Source: Macrostomum lignano (Eukaryota). From it: DNA of 64,000 nt. Position numbers and translations under genes: made by a program. Every line of letters begins with the position of its first letter. The stretch's first letter is position 1. Below, one piece after another: positions 50,150 to 63,680 of this stretch. The DNA is taken from the NCBI GenBank assembly GCA_002269645.1, contig NIVC01002956.1, positions 62,001 to 126,000 on the forward strand, in the 5' to 3' direction. Under the pieces are notes generated by a model, which saw nothing but the letters and a program-made list of their open reading frames with translations, had not been told where the DNA came from and ran no database searches.

Positions 50150-50560
50150 AAGAGTGATCTGTACTATAGACTATAGACACTACAGACTAACTCTAAGCTA
50201 TATCACAAGAGTACCAATAGAAGAGGCAATAGAGGAAGCAAGGCTATGTTTAGTTCCAGAGCTAAAGCTATTAGCTTTTACCACTTAATATCTAGGCATT
50301 CCCTGGAGCTTGCATCTCTGTGCCCTATTTGCAAGATCAATGAGGCCTTAGAGAGATGCAGACATTGCAATGAGAAGGCAGAAACTATTGAGCATATTTG
50401 CTATTGTGTAGTAACCTTTTAGGCTAGAGCCAGACATGCCATTATGGAGCTATTTAATATTTAGACTAATAAATAGGGCACTGGCATTTAGGTCCTAGTT
50501 TAAAGAATATTTACCCTTAAGCTCTGATGGATGAACTTGGCAACAACAATAATAACAAGC
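50150..50560 (+). pseudogene. Highly decayed non-LTR retrotransposon C-terminal relic
   Basis: CRHCNEKAETIEHICYC zinc-knuckle-like translation at ~50358-50410; surrounding frames riddled with TAG/TAA. Confidence 0.45.
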
Positions 50561-50772
50561 AATAGCAGCAATAATTGAACTAAGAATAGGCCTAATATAT
50601 AAATCATTTTATGAAGTAAATAACTAATATTTTGTTGCTTTTATAGCATAATGTTTATTTTAGATTTTAAATTCTATTTTTTATTTCCAACAGCAATTAT
50701 ATAATTATACTACAGTTTCATAGTCACTTTTTGAGCTTTTGTCTTTACTTGTTTGACTAGTAGATGATGAAA

Positions 50773-51136
50773 GGAAGGCCGTAGCCCAGCGGTAGTGCAG
50801 CTGCTCTAGTGTGCCACGACCCAGGCTTGATTCCAAGTGCAGTCACATTCATTTAGGGCTGAATTGGAATTTTGGCTTGGCTCGCTTGTGCAATTAACGG
50901 CCTTGAGAGCCAACCCCCCAAGGTGCAATGAAGTGTACATGCCTAACAATTGATAAAGTTAGGGCCGCTGTACACTCCTATGTGAGTGTGTGCCTGTGTA
51001 ACGTATCCGCGCGCTTATATGCCTGCTCAGGGGAGTCGGCGGAATGGGCAGTAATGCCTCTCGCCGGTTGTGTGCCTATGTTGCTTAAAGTGCACCAGGG
51101 TGCACACAACCCCCTGCCTCTAGATTAAAAAAAAAA
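50773..51136 (+). mobile_element. tRNA-derived SINE with poly(A) tail and 12-bp TSD
   Basis: A-box-like tagcccagcgg, B-box-like ggcttgattcc; A10 tail; TSD tagatgatgaaa at 50761-50772 and 51137-51148. Confidence 0.85.
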
Positions 51137-51367
51137 TAGATGATGAAATGATAACAAAACTCATTGAATACATTTGGCTTTATTGGTAGATAACAAAGTG
51201 ACCAACTAAGTAATAGATAACAAATTGTTCAGATAACAAAGTGGCAAATAACAGTGTCTAAGAACTCAGAACTACAAATAAAAGTGATAGGCCTATCTAT
51301 AATTAAATGGAGGAAAGGGAGGAAATTACAAATATATATTATTATTCAACTAACATGTTTTGCTTAG

Positions 51368-51659
51368 GCAATGGCTAGAGTTCTAGCACTGGAACCCATT
51401 TTCTAACTGCTATAGATCTGGCAGTGGTATTCCAGTAGTGTAATTTATGGGTAGGCCTATAATATAGCAGAAACATTTTACTTTTTAATGGGTGGTTTAC
51501 ATTGAGATTTTGTTCAAGATAAGATCAAAATGAAATGATAAGATTCAAATCAAGATACTTCTATGTTCAAGACTTCATTAGTAAATAATTGCCTGTAGAA
51601 GATTGCCGGATCCATAGCCATTAGAAAATGGGTTCCAGTGCCAGAAATCTAGCCATTAC
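51368..51659. mobile_element. MITE with ~55-bp TIRs, probable 3-bp TSD (tag)
   Basis: g(c/t)aatggctaga.ttct(a/g)gcactggaacccattttctaa..gctat(a/g)gatc(t/c)ggca on both arms. Confidence 0.75.
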
Positions 51660-53757
51660 TAGGCCTATTTTGTTTAAGCATCTTCAAGTTGTTGAAAATT
51701 TTACTTAGCATTTATCAAAATTGTAATAGTGTTATAGTGTATAGCCTAATGTTAGGCAAAACATGTCATTTGAATAAGAAAAAAATGCTCCAGATTTCCT
51801 TCTTTCTATTAATCCTCATCAAGCAAAGCATGTTGTTCTGCCAGAATATTTATAATTGCCTAATTTTTTGAAATTCTACATCAACTATGCCTATAATCCA
51901 TGCCATGCATATCTGCCATATAGAATATTTATCAAGGAAACCAACTTCATAGAATCATAGACATAGGCCCTTTAGCTTGTTTTAAATGTTGGTGCATAAA
52001 AATAAGTTTATAGTCATAGTCATACTAGTAACTAGTCATAGTTATAGTCACTCACTCAGTCACTGTCATTATAAATATTTTATATACTCTATAGGCTACT
52101 GAGTTTAACTTTAAGTCAAGTCAAGATGCCAATCGACATCGACTCAATGTCCAATGAATGAAACTGGAAAGTAAAACACAAACTAGGCTAGGCCTAGGCC
52201 TAGTGACATTAACATTACTTTAAATATAAAAGTGAAAATTTTAAGTGAATACTGATTGGGTACTTCGAAACACTCTCCAAGAGCTACAAAAATCAAGATC
52301 AGATATCATCAGATAATAAAAATTTAGTTGATGACTTTGACTTACCGTTTTATGGGAGAGACAATTGCCGGGTGATTGCGGCGGCGGATCGATCGAGAAC
52401 TATCATTACTCAGACTCAGACTATTCTATCAAATTAGTCAATAAAGGCTTTGTCAAAAACAATAATTAAATGATCTGTTTTATCTGAAACAACTAAGCAT
52501 TTATCTTGCAGTAGTAGGTCTAACATTTGTTATTTCCGTCTCACGAAGCCACGTGCAGCAATTTTAGATTTATTTCTACATTACCGAGGCGGTATACGGC
52601 TCGGCTCGGCTTAGCTAAAAATCTGAAGTAATTTACTTATATTTATAGGATAAATGAAAGGAAAGGTAAATTAATTCAATTTTTATGCAATTTTCATTTC
52701 TGTCAGTGTGTTAATGTCGAAGCAAGGGAACGCAAAGACTTACTAGGTATCAGTTCATTAAGAACCTCAATAGGCGATCTTCCAGTTTGTTTCGATATTA
52801 TTTTCAAGTTTCGATATTCGATATTCGATATTTTTTCAAGGTTGAATCGTTACCACAACATAGTGCCTCTAAACACTAGATAGAGCAGTTGATAGAGAAG
52901 TATAAATGGAGCAGTAGCTAGAGTGGTAGATAGAGCGATAGGGCAGTAAAAGTAGTGATAGATGGAGCAGTAGATCGAACAGTAGATAGAGTAGTAGATA
53001 GAACTAGAGCATTTTCTAATACCATTTCCCATCCATTTTCGCCACAGATATCATTTTCTACCATGGCACTATATATTGTGGCACCAATTCAAATATAAAT
53101 ATCTAGGCCTATTGTAGTATTGACATTTATAATGCCTATGGCAATATAAAATCTAGATATCAACATAGACATCATAAAAAATTATTGCTTTGATATCAAT
53201 TTTTAGGTAATAGAGCTTTCTTTTTATATTAATTTTCATAAACTAGTAGGTGCCTATCTATAGAGTATAGCTAAAGCCTAAAACTTATAGCTTAGCTAGC
53301 TAGGTTTATACTTTTTATTACTTTGGTATCAAAAGAATGGTAAGGCAACCAGAAATTTGTTGAGGGTAGGCAGATTTTGGAGGGTAAAGACCAAAAAAGG
53401 GTAGAAAAAGAGTGGCTCTATATTTTGGTAAAAGTTTGCTTGGTCTCCCCTTTGATTTTTTTCAGGTCTTTGCCTATAAGGGTAACTATCTACATTTTAT
53501 CCCATGGTTGTACTACTGCAAAAGAAGTAAAAGAGTTCTAGGAATAGTTAAAAAACTACTTGCTATTAGACCTCTATACTCTATAGTCTAAACCATAACT
53601 TTCATATATGGTTATTATATATCTCATTTTATATTAAAGTTTCTATTTAAGCATATTGCATTCCAATCAAAAGTTTGATTTAACTTTTTATAGCTATATT
53701 TATATCAACTACATTTAAGTCAAATGGTAATATAAAAGGACTTGATAAAAAGTTAAT

Positions 53758-54546
53758 GGGCTCATTCCATATAAGATGGACATATTTGGAAAATAGAAAA
53801 AAGTCAATATTTTTGCTTGCCACTGCCTGATTAGCCAATTTTTTTACCAAATGTTTTTTATGTGTAACATCTACAATCTAAGAATAAATGAATGATAAAA
53901 TGTTAGATTAGTATGTTATCAAGTGGCAAAAAGTAATTTTTGTAAAAATTTGGACAGTTTTTTAAGCAAAAGACATCATTAAGTTTGTGAACCTTTTAAA
54001 AACAAATAGAAAGCTTTGGAAGGTTGAAACAAACTATAGATAAAAGTATAGTACTTGCATCATCAGATAAAAGTATTGATGAACAAATAATCAATTATAT
54101 TTTTAATATATTGGTACCTCTAAGTTACTGAATTGACAGAACAAAATATGTTACGACCAGAATGTTACGACCATAAGGCTGCCTTTTCTTTTGTATCTTT
54201 GTTGCCTTTTTGAGTTTATATATTCTACAAAAAGAGTATGATTTCTGAAGATGTTCTTAGTCGAATTTTAAAAAAATTATTGCAAAATATCAAAAATGAA
54301 AAATGTTATAAGACTTTTACCTTTTAGTTTCTATCTGTCAAAAATCCTGTCGTTACGACCAGAAGTGCCATTCAAGGTTTAATAGCATCTATATTAATGA
54401 TGATATCTACATGAAACTCTATAAAAATATTCTTGACAAAAAAATCTTTCATTTAAAATATTGGTTTAGTGTATTCTATTATTAGATTTCATTTTATAAG
54501 TAAAAATAGCCTGTCATGTTACGACCATAATTATATGGAATTGCCC
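53758..54546. mobile_element. Non-autonomous TIR element (GGGC..TTCCATATAA ends, 3-bp TSD aat; Harbinger-like)
   Basis: gggctcattccatataa ... ttatatggaattgccc; aat on both flanks; four internal gttacgacca repeats. Confidence 0.65.
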
Positions 54547-55064
54547 AATGTGGTTTGATGAACATTAAGCCAAGGCCTATATTCTTCTAATCTAAGTATA
54601 GGAAAAAATGACATTAGTCTAGAATTAGCCAGTTTTATGTATTTTATTTTTTAAGTATAGTATCTCTTATCTTTTACTTTTAGATTTCTTAATCTCTAAA
54701 GTTCTTAAGCTAGTATGCTATTTTTCTTTTAGACCTAGGGGCTATTATCCTCTTAGAACAATGTAGTCTAAGGTTAAACCATACTTTTATACTTTTGAAA
54801 GTTTTTTATCTAGATGTTAGGTATTATATTGCACTTAAAGTCAAATTTTGAGGTGTCATTTTTTAATTTGGATAATATCACATGAAAAGAATTAAACTTT
54901 TTACCTAGGATTTGATTTTAAAGCTATAATGTTAAATGTTTGTCTAAAAGTTCAAGGCATTATTTGGACAATTCTAATGTCAATGGAATCACTTTGCATA
55001 AAGCCTAGTCTTTAGGCTAGATTATGACTTCCAAAGCCATTAGGCTAGGTCACTATACTTCTAG

Positions 55065-55612
55065 ACCCTTAGGCCATTGCCATTCTCCTAGACCCTTAGA
55101 CTAGGCCATTGTCATCCCCACAGACACAGACCCTTTAGACTAGGCCATTGTCACCCTCCTAGTTCCTCAGGCTGGGCCATTGTCACCCTCCCAGATCCTC
55201 AGAGTAGGTTATTGTCACCCTCATAGATCCTCAGACCTGGCCATTGTCACCCTCCCAGATCCTCAGACCAGTCCATTGTCACTCTCTCAGATCCTCAAAC
55301 CAGGCCATTGTCACTCTCAGATCCTCAGACCAGACCATTGCACCCTCCCAGATCCTCAGATCAGGCCATCACTCTCTCAGATCTTCAAACCAGACCATTG
55401 TCACCCTCCTAGATCCTCAGACCAGGCCATTGTCACCCTCCTAGATCCTCAGACCAGGCCATTGTCACCCTCCTAGATCCTCAGACCAGGCCATTGTCAC
55501 CCTCTCAGATCCTCAGACCAGGCCATTGTCACCCTCTCAGATCCTCAGACCAGGCCATTGTCACCCTCTCAGATCCTCAGACCAGGCCATTGTCACCCTC
55601 CCAGATCCTCAG
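55065..55612. repeat. 32-bp minisatellite
   Basis: Unit cctctcagatcctcagaccaggccattgtcac. Confidence 0.92.
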
Positions 55613-55736
55613 GTTGAGCCACCTGATGAATTCAATTTTTTTTAGTAATCAGAGATGATTTTGGCATGCGGCTGCTCAATTCCCCAAATTCGACTCGGAC
55701 TGACAGGAGCCAAAAGCGCCAGCCAGCAGACAGTCC

Positions 55737-58700
55737 ATGTCGCTGCCGTCCATGTCTGAGCGGCCTGAGGCGCCTCCTTCACCGCGCACAGCTCCGCCGC
55801 GTCTGTCAATGCTGGCCTGCTTTCTAATTGGCAGCTTCGCCCTGGGCTCCTGGATCGACATCAATGGCGTGTTCAACCAGCTGCCGCTGATGGTGAAGAG
55901 CCTGCCGGAGGGCTGGTCGCTGCCGTCCTACCTGGCCGTGATTGTGCAGCTGGGCAACATCGGCCCGGCCGCCTTCCTGTTGGCCAGTCGGCTTAGCCGC
56001 GGCAAATTCACTGACCGAGCAGGCGTGTTCGTCATCAATGCGACTGGCGCCGTGGCTTTGCTTGTGCTCGCCTTCGTCTGGCCAATCACCATCGACGGTC
56101 GCAGCCTTCCACTCATGCTGGTAGTGCTGACCCTGTCCCTGGTAGACTGCTCCTCCTCTGTTGTCTATCTCAGCTACATGTCCGCCTATCCCACCGCGTA
56201 TTTGAGCGCCCTGTACGTTGGCGAAGGAGTTGGCGGACTGATCCCAGGGCTGCTGGCATTGATACAGGTGAGTCCATTGACTGGGTCTTGCCGTGATGGT
56301 CTGAGTGAGAGCGGAGAGGCAGATTCAAGAACTGGGGAGAGCGGAGAGGCAGATTCAAGAACTGGGGAGAGCGGAGAGGCAGATTCAAGAACTGGGGAGA
56401 GTGGAGAGGCAGATTAAGGGATTGGGGAAAGCGGAGAGGCAGATTCAAGCACTGGGGAGAGAGCGGAGAGGCAGATTCAAGCGCTGAGGGAGAGCGGAGA
56501 GGCAGATTCAAGCGCTGAGGCAGAGCGGAGAGGCAGATTCAAGCGCTGAGGCAGAGCGGAGAGGCAGATTCAAGCGCTGAGGCAGAGCGGAGAGGCAGAT
56601 TCAAGCGCTGAGGCAGAGCGGAGAGGCAGATTCAAGCGCTGAGGCAGAGCGGAGAGGCAGATTTAAGCGCTGAGGGAGAGCAGAGAGGCAGATTCAAGCA
56701 CTGGGAGAGAGCGGAGAGGCAGATTCAAGCGCTGAGGGAGAGCGGAGAGGCAGATTCAAGCGCTGAGGCAGAGCAGAGAGGCAGATTCAAGCGCTGAGGG
56801 AGAGCGGAGAGACAGATTCAAGCGCTGAGGCAGAGCGGAGAGGCAGATTCAAGCGCTGAGGCAGAGCAGAGAGGCAGATTCAAGCGCTGAGGGAGAGCGG
56901 AGAGACAGATTCAAGCGCTGAGGCAGAGCGGAGAGGCAGATTCAAGCGCTGAGGGAGAGCGGAGAGGCAGATTCAAGCGCTGAGGCAGAGCGGAGAGGCA
57001 GATTCAAGCGCTGAGGGAGAGCAGAGAGGCAGATTCAAGCACTGGGAGAGAACGGAGAGGCAGATTCAAGCACTGGGAGAGAGCGGAGAGGCAGATTCAA
57101 GCACTGGGAGAGAGCGGAGAGGCAGATTCAAGCACTGAGGGAGAGCGGAGAGGCAGATTCAAGCACTGGGAGAGAGCGGAGAGGCAGATTCAGGTCTATC
57201 AAGTTTGCTAACAGGGAATTTGCTAGCCGAAGCTTGCTAGTAGCTGTCAGTGGCAGTACGAGCTATATATTTATACTCGGACGAATCAAAGCGGCTGACT
57301 CACTTGTCGATATGAAAACAAACAGCAAATAAGAGAACAATGCAGCAAATTCGGCTAGCAGATTTCCTGCTAGCAGATTTCGGCAGGCAAATTTCTCGCT
57401 AACAAACTTCGGCTAGCAAATCTCATACTCCCTGCAGATTCAAGTGCGTCAGTATGAGCCTCATAAGTTTATGTATCCAAAAAAGCATTCCACGTGAAGT
57501 ATTTGGTGTGCTTGATGCTAAGAAAAATTACTGTATTATAATGCTTCGCACTTCGCAGCTTATAGAAAGCGGACTGCAGGTCAATCGGCACTGCTATTAT
57601 GCAGCACTCAGCGGTTAAAGATAAGAATCGCTACAGTCTGGCCTTGCTGTACAATGAAAAGTCATATGGTCATTGTATTTAGTCAAGCTTTTTCTTGTAG
57701 GCCATAAATATGTTGGCGAAAGTGCGCAGTTCAACGGCTAAGAACCAAGGCCCCATCGGCATAAGCCATGGCGCACAGGTGCGGCAGCGTATAAGTGCCG
57801 CCTTATCGTTATCGAACAGTAATTACTACAAAAAATTTCAACACAATGAACACACGAAATTGCAATTATATTTTCGATGAAAGCAGAAACTGAGGGTGGA
57901 CACCTTCGCTCGCTTTTTGGTTGGTGGGTCTACTTAACCAAATCAACTCCTTCTCACACTGCTCAATATTGCTACTTATAGTAGGCTACTTTGCACTCTA
58001 CTTCTCATCCTACCTACTCTTATACCTAGGTTTCTAATTCTATGCATGTCGGTGCTTAAAAGATAAGCTTGTCTTAAGCTTGAGTCTCAAGCTTGTCTTA
58101 AGCTTGTATTGCTCAGGAAACTTTTCTGCCGATATGTATCGTTTTTTGATACTTGCAAAAACAGTTTTTTGATACTTGCATATTAAAAAGGCCTTTACAA
58201 AGTTACCATAAATAGCCCAGAACCGACTGGGTGATAAACTGCTTCAATGTTGAAGCATTAGAACGCCGATATTTTCTTAGAAAGCCGACCTATTTATCAT
58301 TCCCAGGGATCTGGCGGCGCCCCAGAGTGCATCAACGGCACGCATCCGGAGTACGCGCCGCCCCGCTACTCTGTGGGCGCATTCTACGGCCTGCTGTGCG
58401 GCATGCTCTGCTACAGCCTGCTGGCCTTCTGGCTGCTCACCGCCTGGCCGTTTAAGCTGGCTAATAGGCCGCCATTGAAGACTGAGCAGCAGCTGGCCGC
58501 CTCCGCAGCCCAGGTGGGTGGCTTATCTCAGGTTTAATCGGCGTTTAGACAATGAAAAGTAGGAGGATGAGAAACTACTGAGGAGAACTTTATAATATCA
58601 GAAACATTTTCCCGAGCTTTATCCGGGTACATCACGAACCGAAGTAATTTCCGGTTGAGCTACCGGATGTAGTTGACCCTGCGGTAATTTGACTCCAAGA

Positions 58701-59334
58701 CTGTGCTTGCAGCGATTCAACCCCCCCCATTCAGGTATCCCCTCAGCCCGATGCCAGCCATCGCAACACCCCGGACGAGACCACCAGCCTTCGGCAGCCT
58801 CGCCGAAGCGGCAGCGCACCCAATCGCGCCTTCTTGCTCTGCCTGGTGGCCCTGCTGAACGCCTGGGGCACCGGCCTGCTGCCCTCGTTGCAGTCCTACT
58901 CTGCCCTGCCATACGGCTACAGCGCCTACCACCTGGCCGTGACCCTGGCCAACCTGGCCAACCCCCTGGCCTGCTTTGCCACCTTTGCCTGGCGGGCCCG
59001 GACTGCCCGCAGCCTGCTGGCTCTGGTGGCCGCCGGCTGTCTGGCCAGCGGCTACGTCACCACGCTGGCCGCCATGTCACCGACGCCGCCTCTGCTGCAC
59101 GGCGGCCTTGGCGCCGCCCTCATGATCATCGGCTGGACAGCCGCGTCGGGGCTGTTCAGCTTCGCCAAGGCCTGCATCGCTGCCAGCGTCAGCGAGGGCG
59201 GTAGCAGCGGCGAGGGCCGACGCTGGCTGCGTCTGACTGGCGTCGCCACGCAGGCTGGCGCGGCAGTCGGCGCGGTGGTTGGCTTCCTGCTCAGCGTGGT
59301 GTTCGGCGTGCTTAAGGATGCGCCGCCCTGCTAG
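55737..59334 (+). CDS. SLC52A: Riboflavin transporter, SLC52 family; exons 55737-56267, 58307-58513, 58735-59334
   Basis: LGSWIDINGVFNQLPLMVKSLPEGWSLPSYLAVIVQLGNIGP; CSSSVVYLSYM; GLIPGLLALIQ|G; GLLPSLQSYSALPYGYSAYHLAVTLANLANPLACF; all introns phase-0 GT-AG. Confidence 0.92.
56305..57192. repeat. 30-31-bp minisatellite in SLC52 intron 1
   Basis: Unit gagcggagaggcagattcaagcgctgaggca. Confidence 0.95.
57191..57434. mobile_element. Possible small MITE at the end of the array
   Basis: cagg...tttgctagccgaag inverted arms; flanked by cagatt on both sides. Confidence 0.5.
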
Positions 59335-59732
59335 CAGGTTGTTGAGTAAATGTATCGCTAGAGCATCCGCAAGATACCGGCTGAAACCAGGCTGCTGCTG
59401 TCTGCCCTGTCATCTCTGAGAACCGCCTTGAATTCTCGTTCAAATCAAACCTTATCTTAATCTGTTAAATATGAGCTAGCTTTGCTTGCAATCCATTGCT
59501 TTTTTTCTATTTATTTTCTTAGAACTGTTTAGAAAAACCCTTACTCACCTACTAGCCGTTGTTAGTAGCTGATTGCGCGCATAAAATCGCAAATAGTTCA
59601 ATAATTATTTGATTTGATTTTTAAAGCTTTTTTTACATAGTCAATCAATAATTCTATTATTTGCTTTCAGAATTCTCTGGTGCTGTATCGCTGTTGATTT
59701 TTCTCTAACTTGACTGCTTCCGTCCATTTTAA

Positions 59733-59845
59733 GATGTATTGTATCTAGATGAGATGTATTGTATCTAGATGAGATGTATTGTATCTAGATGAGATGTATT
59801 GTATCTAGATGAGATGTATTGTATCTAGATGAGATGTATTGTATC
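59733..59845. repeat. 20-bp tandem repeat
   Basis: Unit gtatctagatgagatgtatt. Confidence 0.9.
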
Positions 59846-60196
59846 GCTGCTTGGATTAGAAATATATATGCATGAATGTGTCAGGATTCTGCTTGTATAT
59901 GACTATCAGTAAATTTTGTACTTTTTCTGGGACACTCTTCCACAGTGGTATGCAATATATTTGGCCGACACGCACAGACTAGCTGTTCTCAGCAGGGTTC
60001 CCTCCTACTCTTACGAGATGCTTCTCTTGTAAGATTTAGTTTATCCCAGCTTTTATTCCTAGGCAGCATCCCGCCTGCTTCATCAATAATTTTATGGCCG
60101 GACTGGGATTTTCGGTTGCCAGTTTTTGTAGCGCATCCGCGGTAGTGCAAAGCTGTGTAGAAAATGCAGATTTTATGTGCACAGATTGCAGCTGGG

Positions 60197-60904
60197 CTAC
60201 TCGAATCGAGTGCAGGCCGGGTTGACCAGAACTGATGCTGGTGACTCGGCCGGGACCGGATTCGGGTGGCGGTTCCGCTGGTGTCCGGGTGAATTCCGGG
60301 TTTTGTTGGAATTCGAATTCGGATTTGGATTCAAATTAGAAGTAGAATTCGGATTCGGGCTGGCGACGGCCGTCATGAGAGGCAGCTGGGCGGCCAGCCG
60401 CCTGTGCAGTCGCAGGCTGACCAGCCGCAGGCGGCAGGCCACGGCTTGGGCGGCCAGCAGCAGCCCCAGGGCGCCGAACAGCAACAGTGGCGTGCCGATC
60501 AGCCAGTCGAGATTGGCAGACGCGTCCAGCTGCCCGATGTCATCCAGCCGGGGGTCCCTCGCCCTGGCCAGGCCGTAGGTGAGGCCGCCGATCAGCGCTG
60601 CGGCTGCGAGAGCCAACAGGCATCGGCGGAGTCGAACCCAGGCCATCAAGCTGGGCTGCAACTGACAGGCCAGGCCGAGTCGAACACGCTGAAGCTCGTC
60701 GGCGCAACCTGGTGCTGCCTCTAGCTGGGCGATGCGGCGAAGGTGATTGCTACAGTGTTCGAGAGACGGCGATGCCCGCTGCTTCTGTTGCAGCCTCGGA
60801 GAACGCGACGAAGGCCAGGCGAGGCAGCGAAGACGCGTCAGTGGTCGGCCGGCGTCGTCTGCCCATCCTATTCTTCCGTCAGTGGACTCTGTTCTACTTT
60901 CCAT
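60197..60904 (-). CDS. Hypothetical two-transmembrane protein
   Basis: GC-rich ORF in AT-rich flanks; hydrophobic segments CLLALAAAALIGGLTYGLA and WLIGTPLLLFGALGLLLAAQAVAC; ATG at 60904. Confidence 0.5.
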   Translation of the reverse strand: MESRTESTDGRIGWADDAGRPLTRLRCLAWPSSRSPRLQQKQRASPSLEHCSNHLRRIAQLEAAPGCADELQRVRLGLACQLQPSLMAWVRLRRCLLALAAAALIGGLTYGLARARDPRLDDIGQLDASANLDWLIGTPLLLFGALGLLLAAQAVACRLRLVSLRLHRRLAAQLPLMTAVASPNPNSTSNLNPNPNSNSNKTRNSPGHQRNRHPNPVPAESPASVLVNPACTRFE

Positions 60905-62429
60905 GGATTCTTTTATCCGAGGATTCAATTCCAACTACTGCTCTGCCAGTAGCTTCTGTTGGTTTGATTTCGTTCCGTCCGTGAACGTTATAAGTCTAAT
61001 TAAAGCTTACTTTTGTTCCTCCATGTAACATCACTGCTTTTTATATTATTACATCCGGACTTCTTCCAATGCCAGCAAATCAGAGAAACATCACATTGTG
61101 TGGCGATCCCATTTACAGTGTGTGTTGCTGCCGAATGCTCTGCGGGCCAATGAAATTCCAGCATAATGTCAGTTAGTTTTTCAGCCCATTAGCACGCAGT
61201 ACTGTCAAGACACTCAACGACTGCTTCAAGAAGGTAGGATTTTATTGTCAATAGAAAACTTGGTTTATTCCTACCTTTGGCTACCTTGTCAACACGGTAA
61301 AAACTTGTCTTTGAGATTAGCTTCATGAGGAATTAAAATGAAAAGTCAGGCGATGCTTAATCAAGAGAGACTGGGCAGAGCATGGCATGAAAAGTTGAGG
61401 GGGGGGTAAGAAATCTTGATCTATCTGGTTTAGTGTGATATCTGAATTGCAAGTTTATTGAAGAATTCATCCTCCCTTGGTAACTGCGTAGAGTTGTCAA
61501 TCTTGGTGGGTATGTCCAAAAACGAATACGGAAAAAACTCCTTTTTGCTGCAACGTTTTACACAAAGTACGAGCTGTGACATTATTTATTCTGTTTCAAC
61601 GTCTGCTTCTGTCGATTCGCGTAGGCCGTAGGGTATCTGCAGTGGCACCAACGGTACGGAACTGCGCCGGTGATCCCTACAAGACCACAAAGATGTTCCA
61701 GGTCGCAAACTCGCACGTTCCATTAGAAATGGTAAGAGTTGAAAAATATTGAATTTTGAATTTTACAACAAAAACAACAACAAAGCTTGAATTTTCATGG
61801 CTCGTTCGCCCTACAATCAACTCACAACAAATCACCCATCAATTACCACTTAGTATTTGCCATATGACACTCGTACCCAATTCTGGAGCGCCTGGTCTCA
61901 AAAAGTGAACTGCCTGACGGACGAACTGGTGAAGGAGTTCACAACTTTGCGAGTGCAGGCATGTTAATCTTTTTTATCAAATGAATTCTGCTCTGTAAAA
62001 GAGACCAAGATGTCTTTCCTTTTAAGCATCAGCAGAACAACCTCCGGGGACGTGGCCGGTGCAGAGGGTGTGTGGTATACGGTAATCCGGACGATTAGAA
62101 CAAATACTCACACACAATATATTTCACTTCTGTTACTTATTCTGCTTATACTCAAAGAATATACTGTTAGTGCTCTTGGATACCGATTACATGTACGTTC
62201 TGATGCTGCGTCAAAAATTGCGGATAATAAACATCAGAAGCCCTGTCTTTCGCCTTGGTTGAATAGAAATCGACTAGTGGGGGCGGCCGGCTGCGCCCGC
62301 CATTGGAGAGTTATGGGAGGTGGCAGGCTTGCGGCAAGGGTGAGCCAGAAGTGCGGAACTGTTGTAGTGAGGAAAAATCATTTGAAAATACATTAGAAGC
62401 CCCATTTCAAAGTTAAGTTAAGAGGGTGT

Positions 62430-62660
62430 GCAAAAAAGTCATACTACTGGGCAGTACGACTCGGCGCGGATGATGTGGCCTGCCAGCTGATGTCGCCGAC
62501 GGCGACGCGACAAGTCGCTTGGAGAAGGGCCAGGCCGGCGCCATACAGCACCACATTTATCGCTCGCTCGTCCGTCAGCGTCCAGGTCTCGGCGTAGAGT
62601 AGAGCAAGCCGCATTGAAATGCTCCATGACAGAGCGGCAGTCTCCAACAGTCAGCAAATG
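62430..62660 (-). pseudogene. Degenerate RTE-like LINE fragment
   Basis: LLYAETWTLT (cf. LLYGSETWTLT) and RRRRHQLAGHIIR in neighbouring frames. Confidence 0.55.
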
Positions 62661-63382
62661 AACGAATGCTTAGTGAGCTACATTGGCCGAATTGATAAGG
62701 ACTGAATATTCTACACGCCCGTGTCAGGCCATATGCAGCCATATCTCTCACGGTATCGAAATTGCACAAAACATTCTCCCATGTCGTGCTGGACGACTTT
62801 TCCTCTGGAAATTGGAGCGAAACTGAGCGGACAGGCCTTTTGACCCAGACTGCCTCCCTGAGGGATTGCAATTTGCAATTTTGCAATTTCAATTCAGGAT
62901 CTCTTCCTCTGTGTCAGGCTCAGACTGATTGCAATCCTGCATTGCCTTTGGCTCCACGTTTCTGGGGTTCTGAAATCGATAGATCAGAAAGATCCTATAT
63001 CCCTAAGCTTGGATTCCCTGCACTCAGGAGTATCCAAAATGAAATTAAACGCGCTTTTTAAGAATTCCCAACCGTTTTAGCGGTGGTCTCTGGGGAATCT
63101 CGAATCTTCGGCCCTAAGTGATCCTTTCCAAAATCGATTTAGCACCCTTTCTTAGACCTCCAAGATTAAAAGGAATCTTTTATTATATATAGGTTTTTCC
63201 AAGAAACAAAAAGTGTTCCACTTGTGCCTTTAGAATTGCAGTCTGTATTTACACAGGAAGTGTATTCTGTTCTGCGTTATTCTAATTAATATCTTGACAA
63301 CAATAAATAACATCAATATAATATTTCACCGAACGACACATTTTAAGGTGAAAGAGTAAAAACGTGCTAAACTTTAGGAGCA

Positions 63383-63680
63383 TCATTTTGTCGGCAGTCA
63401 AATTGTCGGCAGTCATTTTGTCGGCAGTCATTTTGTCGGCAGTCAAATTGTCGGCAGTCATTTTGTCGGCAGTCAAATTGTCGGCAGTCATTTTGTCGGC
63501 AGTCAAATTGTCGGCAGTCATTTTGTCGGCAGTCAAATTGTCGGCAGTCATTTTGTCCGCAATCAAATCGCCGCAGTCAAATTGTCGGCAGTCATTTTGT
63601 TGGCAGTCAATTGTCGGTCGGCAGTCATTTTGTCCGCTTGACCGCAGTCAATTGTCCGCAGTCATTTTGTCCGCTTGACC
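63383..63680. repeat. 15-bp minisatellite
   Basis: Unit ttttgtcggcagtca / aattgtcggcagtca. Confidence 0.92.
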
